A program made the translations under genes and the position numbers. A DNA stretch of 64,000 nucleotides from Candidatus Methylomirabilota bacterium (GTDB lineage: Bacteria; Methylomirabilota; Methylomirabilia; Rokubacteriales; CSP1-6). The notes below the pieces were generated by a model that did no database searches, had not been told where the DNA came from, and was given only the letters and a program-made list of their open reading frames with translations. Each line of letters opens with the position of its first letter. Position 1 is the stretch's first letter. Location of the stretch: NCBI GenBank assembly GCA_036556905.1, contig DATBIM010000050.1, positions 8,207 through 72,206 of the forward strand, read 5' to 3'. Positions 1 to 8,607 of this stretch are shown in pieces.

Positions 1-1
1 C

Positions 2-190
2 GTCGAGGTGCTCTATGACCTCGACGTGGAGGCGTGCGCCACCGCCCGCGCCGGGGGGCTCACCCTGCACCGCGCGCCGGCCGTCAACGACCATCCTGCG
101 TTCATCGCCGCGCTCGCCGAGATCGTTCGCCGTCACGTGAACGGCCGAGGTGTGACGCCGCTGGCCGGCCCCGGGGCGGGGCGGCGATGA
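2..190 (+). CDS. hemH: ferrochelatase, C-terminal fragment (5' end lies outside window)
   Basis: ORF runs off the 5' edge. Terminal peptide VEVLYDLDVEACATARAGGLTLHRAPAVNDHPAFIAALAEIV resembles ferrochelatase C-termini. Its TGA overlaps the hemY ATG (ATGA), as in hemH-hemY operons. Confidence 0.5.
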   Translation, partial: VEVLYDLDVEACATARAGGLTLHRAPAVNDHPAFIAALAEIVRRHVNGRGVTPLAGPGAGRR

Positions 191-1605
191 GGCTGGTTGT
201 AGTCGGCGGCGGCATCGCCGGACTCGCCGCCGCCCACCGGGCGGTAGAGCTCGCCCGCGAGCGAAGCTTCCCGCTCGACCTCACGGTCCTGGAGGCCCGC
301 GATCGGCTGGGCGGCACCATCGAGACCGAGCGCGCGGGCGGTTTTCTCATCGAGGCGGGCCCCGACTCGTTCCTGTCCGAGAAGCCCTGGGCCCTGGCCC
401 TCTGCCGCCGCCTCGGGCTCGAGCCGCGCCTCGTCGGCACCGACGACCGGTTCCGGCGCACGTTCGTCTGGTTCCGCGGCCGCCTGCACCCGCTGCCAGA
501 AGGGTTCCAGTTGCTGGCGCCGACCCGGCTCCGCCCCTTTCTGGCCTCACGCCTCCTGTCCTGGCCGGGGAAAGCGCGGATGGCCCTCGACGTGATCTTG
601 CCGCGCGGTGCGGCCGGTGGTGACGAGAGCCTGGGGGCGTTCGTGCGCCGCCGGCTGGGGCAGGAGGCGCTCGAGCGCGTGGCCCAGCCGCTCGTGGCCG
701 GCATCTACACCGCCGACCCCGAAGAGCTGAGCCTGCGAGCGACGATGCCCCGCTTCCTCGAGCTGGAGCGGGCGCAACGCAGTCTCATCATCGGGCTCTG
801 GCGAGCCAGCCGGGGCGGGCCGGCGGCGTCGGGCACGAGCGGGGCACGCTGGAGCCTCTTCGTCACGCTCAGCGGGGGGATGGGAGAGCTGGTGCAAGCG
901 CTGGCCGCGCGGCTGCCGGCCGGCGCCGTCCAGCTCAAGCGGCGCGTCACCGGCGTCGTTCGTCGCGCCGCGGCGTGGGCCGTCGATGGCGGGGGGCCCG
1001 GCGTCGAGGCCGACCGCGTGATCGTCGCGGTCGAGGCTCACGCGGCGAGCCGGCTGCTCCGCTACGTCGATCCCTCACTGGCCACCCTGCTGCAGGTGAT
1101 TCCCTATGCGTCGTCGGCGACCGTCTCGCTCGGCTACCCGCGCGCCGCCATCCGGCATCCGCTCGACGGCTTCGGTTTCGTGGTGCCGCGAGTGGAGGGC
1201 CGAGCGTTGCTGGCGTGCACGTTTTCGAGCGTGAAGTACCCGGGACGCGCTCCCGAGGGACACGTCCTGCTCCGCTGCTTCCTGGGCGGTGCGCTGAATC
1301 CGGGCGTCATCGAGCGCGACGACGATGAGCTGGTCCGCCTGGCCAGCCAGGAGCTGGCCGCCGCGCTCGGCCTCGCCGGCCAGCCCGTTCTGATTCGCGT
1401 GACCCGTCATCCCGCAGCGATGCCGCAGTACGTGATCGGCCATCTCGGGACGCTGGAGGCCATCGACCAGCGCCTGGCGGCGGCCCCCGGCCTCTTCCTG
1501 GCCGGCTCCGGCTATCGGGGCGTGGGTATCGCGGACTGCGTGAGGTCAGGCGAGGCCGCCGCCGAGCGGGCCCTCCTCGGGGACGCTGGTCCGGCCGGGC
1601 GATGA
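187..1605 (+). CDS. hemY: protoporphyrinogen/coproporphyrinogen III oxidase, FAD-dependent (HemY/PPOX family)
   Basis: N-terminal dinucleotide-binding motif MRLVVVGGGIAGLAAAHRA, about 470 aa, conserved blocks GGTIETERAGGFLIEAGPDSF and LFLAGSGYRGVGIADC. Internal ATG at 187 (52nd codon of the track ORF) is preferred over the Arg-rich in-frame upstream extension. Confidence 0.85.
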   Translation: MRLVVVGGGIAGLAAAHRAVELARERSFPLDLTVLEARDRLGGTIETERAGGFLIEAGPDSFLSEKPWALALCRRLGLEPRLVGTDDRFRRTFVWFRGRLHPLPEGFQLLAPTRLRPFLASRLLSWPGKARMALDVILPRGAAGGDESLGAFVRRRLGQEALERVAQPLVAGIYTADPEELSLRATMPRFLELERAQRSLIIGLWRASRGGPAASGTSGARWSLFVTLSGGMGELVQALAARLPAGAVQLKRRVTGVVRRAAAWAVDGGGPGVEADRVIVAVEAHAASRLLRYVDPSLATLLQVIPYASSATVSLGYPRAAIRHPLDGFGFVVPRVEGRALLACTFSSVKYPGRAPEGHVLLRCFLGGALNPGVIERDDDELVRLASQELAAALGLAGQPVLIRVTRHPAAMPQYVIGHLGTLEAIDQRLAAAPGLFLAGSGYRGVGIADCVRSGEAAAERALLGDAGPAGR

Positions 1606-1675
1606 GGGCCGGCCGGCGCCGCGGCCGACGCGTTGGGGCTCGATTTTCTCCGCCGGCTCGCATAGTGTAACAACC

Positions 1676-2155
1676 GTGCCCGAGCCCCTGAGTCCCAGCG
1701 CCCAGAAGGTCCAGGACGCGCTGACCGCCCTGGGCTTCGCCTGCCAGGTTGTGGAGTCGCCCCAGCCCACGCGCACCGCGGCCGATGCCGCCAGGCTCGT
1801 GGGCTGCCAGGTGGGCCAGATCGCCAAGTCGCTCGTGTTCCGCGGCCGGCAGTCGGCACGGCCGGTGCTGATCATCGCCAGCGGGGCCAACCAGGTCAAC
1901 GAGTGGCAGATCGGTGTCCTGCTGAAAGAGGCCCTCGACCGAGCGAAGCCGGCCTTCGTCCGCGAGCATACGGGATTCGCCATCGGCGGCGTGCCGCCCG
2001 TGGGTCACCCCAAGCCGATCGACACGTTCATCGATCAGGATCTCCTGAAGCATCAGGAGATCTGGGCGGCCGCCGGCACCCCCAACGCGCTCTTCCGGCT
2101 CGCTCCTCAGGACCTCGTCAGGATGACCGGCGGCCGCGTGGTGAAGGTCACCTAG
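1676..2155 (+). CDS. YbaK/ProX-type aminoacyl-tRNA deacylase (Cys-tRNA(Pro) editing domain protein)
   Basis: 159 aa. Motifs GCQVGQIAKSLVF, HTGFAIGGVPPVGH and EIWAAAGTPNALFRL are typical of the YbaK/ProX editing domain. GTG start. Confidence 0.7.
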   Translation: MPEPLSPSAQKVQDALTALGFACQVVESPQPTRTAADAARLVGCQVGQIAKSLVFRGRQSARPVLIIASGANQVNEWQIGVLLKEALDRAKPAFVREHTGFAIGGVPPVGHPKPIDTFIDQDLLKHQEIWAAAGTPNALFRLAPQDLVRMTGGRVVKVT

Positions 2156-2165
2156 GCTCCGAGCC

Positions 2166-2384
2166 ATGCTCGAGGTCGTCACCATGCGGGAGATCGACGC
2201 GATCTTCGCCATCACCGACGCGCTCGGCATCCACCGCGAGACGCTGGTGATCCCGCTGGGGCCGGACTCCCCCGGACGCGTGCGCCGGCTGCCCGGTGGC
2301 AAGCTGGAGATCACCGTGGAGGCCAACCGGCCCATCGAGGAGTGGGTCACGGAGCTGCCCGCGCTCATTGCCGCCGTGCGGTGA
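2166..2384 (+). CDS. hypothetical small protein (72 aa)
   Basis: Compact ORF. Its TGA overlaps the GTG start of the downstream permease (GTGA), which suggests translational coupling. No recognisable family. Confidence 0.35.
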   Translation: MLEVVTMREIDAIFAITDALGIHRETLVIPLGPDSPGRVRRLPGGKLEITVEANRPIEEWVTELPALIAAVR

Positions 2385-3736
2385 GCTCCCGGCTCAAGCG
2401 GGAGCTCGGCCTCCTGCCGCTGGCGGCGATCGTCTTCTTCAACGTGAGCGGGGGGCCCTACGGCATCGAGGACATGGTGCCGGCCTTCGGCCCCGGGCTC
2501 ACCCTGCTGTTGCTCGTCCTCACACCATTGCTCTGGAGCCTGCCCGTATCGCTCGTGATGTCGGAGCTCGCCTCGGCCATGCCCGACGAGGGCGGCTACG
2601 TCACGTGGACGACCCGCGCGTTCGGCCCGTTCTGGGGGTTCCAGGTCGGGTGGTGGTCCTGGGTCGATTCCTTTCTCGACGTGGCCGTCTACCCGGCGCT
2701 CTTCGTGGAGTACATGGGATTCTGGTACGGCGCGATGACGACGCCCGAGCGCTGGCTGCTCGCGCTCGGCTTCATCGTCGTGCTCACCGGGCTCAATGTG
2801 CTGGGGGTCCGCCCTGCCGGCCGCAGCGCGGTCGTGCTCGCCATCGGGGCGCTGCTGCCGGTGGCGGCGATGGTCGCTGTCGGGCTGGCCACGCCCCGGG
2901 GGGCGCCGTGGACACCCTTCGTCGCCGAGGGCCAGAGCCTGAGCGCCGGGCTGGGTTTGGGCCTGGCCGTCGTGATGTGGAATTTCTCCGGGTGGGACAC
3001 GCCGTCGACGTGCCTCGGCGAGACTCGAGCGCCCGAGCATGCCTTCCGCAAGGCGTTGCTCCTGACTTTGCCGATCATCGCCGCCGGCTACCTGCTGCCG
3101 ATGGGGGTCATGCTGGCCAGTGGCGGGGTAGCGTGGTCGGAGTGGACGACCGGCGCGCTGCCCCGCATCGCCGAGGCGATGGGTGGGTCCGGGCTCGGCC
3201 ACCTGGTGGCGGCCGGGGCCGTGGTGAGCACGGCGGGCCTCTTCCTGTCTCTGCTCCTCACGAATTCCCGGCTGCCCTATGTCCTGGCCCGGGACGGTTA
3301 CATGCCCCCCGCGCTGAGCCTGGTTCACCGGCGGTTCGGCACGCCATGGGTCGCCGTCACCGTATCGTCGGCGATCTACTCGCTCTTCGCCGTCTTTTCG
3401 TTCAAGGAGCTGATCGTCCTCAACATCTGGCTCTACTCGCTCAGCCTGATCGTGGAGCTGGCCGCCTTCCTCTGGTTGCGCCGGGTCGCGCCTGACCTGC
3501 CCCGACCCTGGCGGGTGCCGGGCGGGTGGGGTGCCGCCACCGTCGTGGCCGGCCTGCCGGCGCTCTTCGTCGCAGCCGCCATGGCCACCGCCGGGTGGAT
3601 GAACACGGGCGCCGGCGTGGCCGCGGCCCTCACCGGACCGCTGGCATGGATGGCGCTCCGCCGGCGCCGGCCGTCGGGTTTGGCCGCTTCCGCGGAGGCC
3701 TCGGAGTACTCTGGGGGACGGGAGGGCCGGTTATGA
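2381..3736 (+). CDS. APC-superfamily amino acid permease
   Basis: About 12 predicted TM segments. N-terminal LKRELGLLPLAAIVFFNVSGGPYGIEDMV is typical of APC transporters. GTG at 2381 is in frame and preferred over the ATG at 2342, which overlaps the preceding ORF. Confidence 0.8.
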   Translation: MSSRLKRELGLLPLAAIVFFNVSGGPYGIEDMVPAFGPGLTLLLLVLTPLLWSLPVSLVMSELASAMPDEGGYVTWTTRAFGPFWGFQVGWWSWVDSFLDVAVYPALFVEYMGFWYGAMTTPERWLLALGFIVVLTGLNVLGVRPAGRSAVVLAIGALLPVAAMVAVGLATPRGAPWTPFVAEGQSLSAGLGLGLAVVMWNFSGWDTPSTCLGETRAPEHAFRKALLLTLPIIAAGYLLPMGVMLASGGVAWSEWTTGALPRIAEAMGGSGLGHLVAAGAVVSTAGLFLSLLLTNSRLPYVLARDGYMPPALSLVHRRFGTPWVAVTVSSAIYSLFAVFSFKELIVLNIWLYSLSLIVELAAFLWLRRVAPDLPRPWRVPGGWGAATVVAGLPALFVAAAMATAGWMNTGAGVAAALTGPLAWMALRRRRPSGLAASAEASEYSGGREGRL

Positions 3737-4710
3737 GCGGGGTCGTCACGTGCGCCGCCTATGCCGGCGGTCGCCGCATCGCCGACGTCACGCTGGATGA
3801 CATCAGCGAAGTCTTGAAGCAGGACGACGAGCGATTCATCTGGATCGGGCTTCACGAGCCCGACGGACCGCTGCTCCGGAAGGTGCAGGCCGAATTCGGG
3901 CTGCACGACCTCGCCATCGAGGACGCGCTTCGAGCGCACCAGCGGCCCAAGCTCGAGCTCTATGACGGTTCCCTGTTCGTGGTGTTGCGCACGGTCCGGA
4001 TGGAGCCGGGCCGGCAGCTCGAGACCGGCGAGACGCACATCTTCGTGGGATCCCGCTACATCATCTCCGTTCGCCACGGGTCGTCTCTCTCGTATTCCGC
4101 CGTCCGCACCCGTTGCGAAGCCAATCCGGGGTTGCTGGCCCTGGGGCCCGGCTTCGTGCTCTATGCCCTGATGGACTTCATCGTCGACCAGTACTTCCCG
4201 GTCGTCGAGACACTGGAAGATCAGCTCGAGAGTCTGGAACAGGAGATCTTCGAGGAGCGCTTCGATCGGACCACCACGACGCGGATCTACCGCTTGAAGC
4301 GTGAGCTGCTCGAGCTCAAGCACGCCGCCTCGCCCCTGGTCGACATCGGCAACCGGCTGATGCGCGTCGACCTGGCCTCGATCCACGAGGCCACCCGGCC
4401 CTACTTCCGCGACGTCTATGACCACGTGGTGCGCATCAACGAGATGCTCGACACGCTGCGCGAGCTGCTGACCACGGCGCTGGAGGCCAACCTTTCGCTG
4501 ATCTCGGTCTCCCAGGCTGATGTGGTCAAACGACTCACGAGCTGGGGCGCCATCATCGCCGTCCCCACCCTGATCGCCAGCATCTACGGCATGAACTTTC
4601 ACGTCATGCCCGAGCTGCACTGGTGGTTCGGCTATCCGTTCGCCCTGACCCTCATGCTGAGTATCTGCGGGTTTCTCTACTACCGTTTTAAGCGCGCCGG
4701 CTGGCTCTGA
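3733..4710 (+). CDS. corA: magnesium/cobalt transporter CorA
   Basis: Cytoplasmic N-domain, two C-terminal TM helices and the diagnostic YGMNF (GMN) motif. ATGA overlap with the permease stop. Confidence 0.9.
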   Translation: MSGVVTCAAYAGGRRIADVTLDDISEVLKQDDERFIWIGLHEPDGPLLRKVQAEFGLHDLAIEDALRAHQRPKLELYDGSLFVVLRTVRMEPGRQLETGETHIFVGSRYIISVRHGSSLSYSAVRTRCEANPGLLALGPGFVLYALMDFIVDQYFPVVETLEDQLESLEQEIFEERFDRTTTTRIYRLKRELLELKHAASPLVDIGNRLMRVDLASIHEATRPYFRDVYDHVVRINEMLDTLRELLTTALEANLSLISVSQADVVKRLTSWGAIIAVPTLIASIYGMNFHVMPELHWWFGYPFALTLMLSICGFLYYRFKRAGWL

Positions 4711-4716
4711 TCCGGA

Positions 4717-4742
4717 GGGGACCTCGACGGCTCGAGAGCCCC
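4717..4742. terminator. GC-rich hairpin between convergent corA and minus-strand genes (possible bidirectional terminator, no U-tract)
   Basis: ggggACCtcgaCGGCtcgagAGcccc folds as 4 bp + 5 bp stems with a CGGC loop and lies exactly between two convergent stop codons. Confidence 0.25.
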
Positions 4743-4749
4743 GTCCGCG

Positions 4750-5115
4750 TTAGAGATTGTCGTCGATCACGGCGGCCAGGCAGTCCAGAGTGCCCAGCGA
4801 GTAGACGTAGGTCCGCCAGCCGATCGCGATCCCGTCGGGCGGCTCACCCGCTGGCGGTGTCGGGTAGATGGTGACACTCACGTTGGGTCCGCTCCCGCCA
4901 CAGCCGCCGGCGCAGGCCTCGCGCACACGGACCCGATCGCTCAGGCCCCGCGCCCGTATCAGCTCATCGAGGTGCTGTCGGATCACTCGGGCATCCATCG
5001 GCACGGCGCGGAGTCCCGACTTCACGGGTAGCCTGACGAGCCCGGTTTCCAGGGGGCACACGTTGATGACGAGCCGTCGCGATCGGCCGCCGCCCTGCCG
5101 TGACCGCCGGGTCAT
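4750..5115 (-). CDS. hypothetical Cys-motif protein (possible thioredoxin-like/[2Fe-2S] ferredoxin-like)
   Basis: 121 aa with four Cys (C-x40-CAGGC-x37-C). 4-nt overlap with the upstream BadF-type ATPase gene. Family assignment is uncertain. Confidence 0.4.
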   Translation of the reverse strand: MTRRSRQGGGRSRRLVINVCPLETGLVRLPVKSGLRAVPMDARVIRQHLDELIRARGLSDRVRVREACAGGCGGSGPNVSVTIYPTPPAGEPPDGIAIGWRTYVYSLGTLDCLAAVIDDNL

Positions 5116-6014
5116 CTCCGCGGCTCCTTACTCGCCCGATGTTCTCTCGTCGGACGGGTGGGTTCGTGTGCCGCGAGCCGTCCGGCCAGCCCGGCCGCGG
5201 CCGCCACCGGCTCGGCGCCCGGCGACTGCCAGCGAGCGGACAGCCCGACGAGCCTGACCGCCCGCTTGAGCCCGGCCCGGAACCATGCATCGGCGCACAC
5301 GCTGCCCGCCCAGCTCACCGACACAGGCTGGCGCAAGCGCAGCCGCTTTGCCACGTCGGCCGCCTGCGCGGCCAGGTGCGCTTGCCCGGCCCGGACGATG
5401 GCGCGAGCACGCGCGTCGCCCCGCCGAGCGCGTCGGATCACGGCGGGTGCCAGCGCAGCGACGCGCACGACGGCATCCGGACCCGTCACCAGGCGGCGCG
5501 CTGGACGGAAGTCCTCGCCGCGCGTTGTGACGCGCAGCCACTGCTGACCCAGCCAGAAGGCCGAGCCCTCGTCACCCAGCAGAGGTCCGAGTCCACCGGC
5601 TCGCGCCCAGCGGCCACGAGAGTCCCGGCCGATCACGATCGATCCGGTGCCGCTCAAGATCAGCACACCCGGGCGCCCTCCGAGCGCGCCCAGATGCGCC
5701 GCTTGCGCGTCGGAGAGGACGGAGACACGCCGGGCCAGGTGGCCGAGCCGGTCGGCGAGCGCGCGCCGCTCACCGGCGGTCCACACGCCACGCGCCGCCA
5801 CGACCAGGGCTCCCACGGTGCGCGCCGTCCAGCCGCGCCGTCGCCAGAACGCACGGAAGAGCGGGCCGACTTCCCGGATCGGCGTTGCCCGGACTGTGAA
5901 GCGCGCCACTGGTCTGTCGCCTTGCAGCGCCTGAGCGCGCAGCCACGTCGCGCCGAGGTCGGCGCCGACGGCGATCGCGGGGACGCGCTTCTTGCCCTGT
6001 CCAAGCGGGAACAT
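5112..6014 (-). CDS. BadF/BadG/BcrA/BcrD-family ATPase, sugar-kinase type (predicted N-acetylglucosamine/N-acetylmuramic acid kinase, MurK-like)
   Basis: N-terminal IAVGADLGATWLRA (ASKHA phosphate-1), LILSGTGSIVIG and LGDEGSAFWLG motifs. It lacks the Cys pair of HgdC-type dehydratase activators. Confidence 0.7.
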   Translation of the reverse strand: MFPLGQGKKRVPAIAVGADLGATWLRAQALQGDRPVARFTVRATPIREVGPLFRAFWRRRGWTARTVGALVVAARGVWTAGERRALADRLGHLARRVSVLSDAQAAHLGALGGRPGVLILSGTGSIVIGRDSRGRWARAGGLGPLLGDEGSAFWLGQQWLRVTTRGEDFRPARRLVTGPDAVVRVAALAPAVIRRARRGDARARAIVRAGQAHLAAQAADVAKRLRLRQPVSVSWAGSVCADAWFRAGLKRAVRLVGLSARWQSPGAEPVAAAAGLAGRLAAHEPTRPTREHRASKEPRR

Positions 6015-6153
6015 GAACGTGCCTTCCTGTCCGTATTGTCGGTCACCCGCGGGTTGGGGACGGCCGGGAAATCGAGCGCTTAGCCAGGTAGCGGCGTGGC
6101 ACGCCCAATGCTCCCATAGTCAAGCCGAAGGGATCGAACAAAGGGGAAAGAAA

Positions 6154-6774
6154 ATGGGCAGGGCATTGGCCACCTGGTTGTTGATCGCTACCGCCGGCGC
6201 GCAGGGCATGACGCCCCGCGACGTCGTGCAGTCTGCGGTGGCCCGCGTGGTCCAGACGATCGAGGCCGCGGCGAGCCGCCCCGAGCCCGTGCGGGCGGGA
6301 CGTCCTCAGGCGCCGGGGTCGCGGGCGGAGATCAGGCGCATTGCCGCTGAACTGTTCGACTTCGGCGAGGTCGGGCGGCGAGCCCTGGGCCGGCACTGGG
6401 CGGGCCGCAGCCCGGAGGAGCAAACGGAGTTCATCGCGCTGTTCACCGATCTCCTGGAGCGGGCCTACGTCGGCAAAATCGAGGCCTACTCGGGTGAGCA
6501 GATCGTCTATACGAACGAGATCGTCGACGGCGATTACGCGGTCGTGCGCTCCCGGGTCAACACCAGGCGGGGGGCCGAGGTCGCCCTCGACTACCGGCTG
6601 CATCGGACCGAGGGTGGGTGGAAAGTCTACGATGTTCTCATCGATGGTGTCAGCTTCGTCTCCACGTACCGGAGCGAGTTCAATCGGATCATTCAGCTTC
6701 ACTCCTGGAACGAGCTGATGGATCGGTTGCGCCAGAAGCAGATCCCCGCTCGCACGGTGACCGACCGCAGCTGA
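6154..6774 (+). CDS. mlaC: phospholipid-binding periplasmic protein MlaC (Tgt2/toluene-tolerance family)
   Basis: Signal peptide MGRALATWLLIATAGAQG. Conserved MlaC blocks (IAAELFDFGEVGRRALGRHW, EFIALFTDLLERAYVGKIEAY, GWKVYDVLIDGVSFVSTYRSEF). RBS AAAGGGGAAAG sits before the ATG. Confidence 0.75.
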   Translation: MGRALATWLLIATAGAQGMTPRDVVQSAVARVVQTIEAAASRPEPVRAGRPQAPGSRAEIRRIAAELFDFGEVGRRALGRHWAGRSPEEQTEFIALFTDLLERAYVGKIEAYSGEQIVYTNEIVDGDYAVVRSRVNTRRGAEVALDYRLHRTEGGWKVYDVLIDGVSFVSTYRSEFNRIIQLHSWNELMDRLRQKQIPARTVTDRS

Positions 6775-6802
6775 CGCTGGGTCCTCCGCAGTATGATGGG
6801 GC

Positions 6803-8296
6803 GTGCCCGCGGCCGCTCCCGGCCTCGCCTGGTCCGACTACGTGGTCCTCGCCCTCTGCCTCGCCCTGCTGCTCGTCATCGGCGCCGGCTTCAGCCGGCA
6901 GCGCGACACTGTCGACTTCTTCCTGGCCCGACGGCGCGTACCCTGGTGGGCGGTCTGCCTGAGCTTTCTGGCCACCGAGATCAGTGCCGTCACTATCATC
7001 TCGGTCCCGGCCACGGCCTATAGCGAGAACTGGGAATACCTGCAATTCTTCGTGGGGTCGAGCCTGGCCAAGTTCGCCGTGGCCTGGCTGTTCATCCCCG
7101 CCTTCTACCGGTACCAGGTCGTCACCATCTACGAGTTCCTGCTCCACCGATTCGGCCAGGCCAGCCAGGTGACGGCCGCGCTCTTCTTCTTCGTCACCCG
7201 GCTCCTCGGCTCCGGTGTCCGCTTGATGGCTGCGGCGCTGGCCGTCTCGATCCTGCTCGGCTGGCCGCTGCCCCCCACCATCGCCATCTTCGTTGCGATC
7301 TCGATCCTCTACATCGCCGCCGGCGGGGTGAAGGCGATCGTCTGGACCAACGTCTTCCAGGCGCTGGTGTTCCTGCTGGCGGGCGCGGCGACCCTGACGT
7401 GGGCGGTGGCGCAGGTAGCGGGCGGCCTGCCGGCTATCGTGGAGCTTGCCGGTCCCGCCGGCCGTCTCGACATCATCAACTGGGGGCCGGCCCCGGGTGC
7501 CTCCGACTTCTGGCGCCGGGTGCTCTCGGAACCCAATATCGTGTGGGTGGCGATCCTCAACGGCCTGGTAGGCTCGATGGCCGCGTTCGGCACCGACCAC
7601 GACCTCATGCAGCGATTGCTCACCGTCGAGACACGGCGCGAGAGCCAGATTACCCTGTCCCTCACCCCGCTCGGCACGCTCCTGACGCTCATCATCTACC
7701 TGGGGCTGGGCGCCGCCCTGTACGCCTTCTACGCTCAGCACCCGGAACTGCCGGTCTCCCGGCCCGACGAGATTCTGCCTCACTTCGTGCAGCAGACGAT
7801 GCCGTCGATGCTGCGTGGCCTCATGCTGAGCGCGATCGTGCTGGCGTCGATCGACTCGCCGCTCGGCTCCCTGTCCGCCTCTTTCGTGACCGACATCTAC
7901 CGTCCTCTCCTCGCCCCTCGACGGTCGGAACGGCACTATCTGCTCGTCTCACGGGTTGCCGTCGTCGTATTCGGTCTTGTCCTCGGGGGTATTGCCCACG
8001 CGTTTTCTGCCTTCAGCCAGATTCTCTGGCTGGCCTTCAAGATCGCGGGCGTGACGTTCGGGTCCCTGCTGGGGGTGTTCCTGCTGGGACTTGCCACCAA
8101 CCGTGCGGTGCGGGACTGGGCGAACGTCACAGCGATGCTGGTCATGGCCGCGGTGAACCTGACGCTGCTCGTGCTGTCTGAGACCGGCATCCTCGTCTTC
8201 GCCTGGTCGTGGCTCGTAATCATCGGGACGGCCGGCACCATCCTCCTCGCGGTCGTCACAACTCACGTCTCCCATTTGATCAATCGCCGACGGTGA
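6803..8296 (+). CDS. sodium:solute symporter (SSS family)
   Basis: 13-14 TM segments. N-terminal SDYVVLALCLALLLVIGAGFSRQRDTVDFFLARRRVPWW is typical of the SSS family. The last six codons and the TGA stop lie inside the first unit of the downstream tandem repeat. Confidence 0.85.
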   Translation: MPAAAPGLAWSDYVVLALCLALLLVIGAGFSRQRDTVDFFLARRRVPWWAVCLSFLATEISAVTIISVPATAYSENWEYLQFFVGSSLAKFAVAWLFIPAFYRYQVVTIYEFLLHRFGQASQVTAALFFFVTRLLGSGVRLMAAALAVSILLGWPLPPTIAIFVAISILYIAAGGVKAIVWTNVFQALVFLLAGAATLTWAVAQVAGGLPAIVELAGPAGRLDIINWGPAPGASDFWRRVLSEPNIVWVAILNGLVGSMAAFGTDHDLMQRLLTVETRRESQITLSLTPLGTLLTLIIYLGLGAALYAFYAQHPELPVSRPDEILPHFVQQTMPSMLRGLMLSAIVLASIDSPLGSLSASFVTDIYRPLLAPRRSERHYLLVSRVAVVVFGLVLGGIAHAFSAFSQILWLAFKIAGVTFGSLLGVFLLGLATNRAVRDWANVTAMLVMAAVNLTLLVLSETGILVFAWSWLVIIGTAGTILLAVVTTHVSHLINRRR

Positions 8297-8525
8297 TTCC
8301 GTGGGGGCATGGGCGTGCCGGAAGGCCGGGTGCCCATGCCCTGTTCAACAGATCAATCGCCGCCGGTGATTCCGGCGGGGCGCGGGCGTGGCGTGAGCCC
8401 GGGGGCCCGCGCCCTGTTCAACAGATCAATCGCCGCCGGTGATTCCGGCGGGGCGCGGGCGTGGCGTGAGCCCGGGGCCTGCGCCCTGTTCAACAGATCA
8501 ATCGCCGCCGGTGATTCCGGCGGGG
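8271..8525. repeat. tandem palindromic repeat array, 72-73 bp period, about 3.5 units
   Basis: Unit is ccctgttcaaca + gatcaatcgCCGCCGGtgattCCGGCGGgg + CGCGGGCgtggcgtgagcccggggGCCCGCG. Unit starts are 8339, 8412 and 8484, with a diverged first unit from about 8271. Each unit has two GC-rich hairpins. The first unit carries CATGGGC...GCCCATG in place of CGCGGGC...GCCCGCG, a compensatory change. Confidence 0.85.
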
Positions 8526-8529
8526 CCGC

Positions 8530-8574
8530 AGTGCGAGCCGAGACGCGTCACGCGGCGAGGCGAGCGGCGAAATG
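8530..8574. repeat. dispersed 45-nt hairpin motif, copy A (AGTGCGAGCCGAG-[palindrome]-GCGAGGCGAGCGG-CGAAATG)
   Basis: Immediately follows the tandem array. The same motif recurs at 15936-15980 with identical 13-nt flanks and a different but still palindromic 12-nt core (ACGCGTCACGCG here). Confidence 0.7.
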
Positions 8575-8607
8575 ACCGAAATGGCGTCAGCCCGGGTGCT
8601 GGTCGAC

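Noticed and set aside
5112-6014. BadF-family ATPase as an HgdC/BcrAD-type electron-transfer activator (radical dehydratase or benzoyl-CoA reductase system)
   Set aside because: It lacks the conserved cluster-bridging Cys pair, no dehydratase or reductase subunits are adjacent, and motifs fit the sugar-kinase branch (COG2971).
8271-8575. Possible CRISPR array (regularly spaced 30-42 nt repeats)
   Set aside because: The inter-repeat segments are near-identical to each other (not unique spacers) and are themselves palindromic. Period is 72-73 bp and no cas genes are nearby. It is a tandem repeat, not a CRISPR array.
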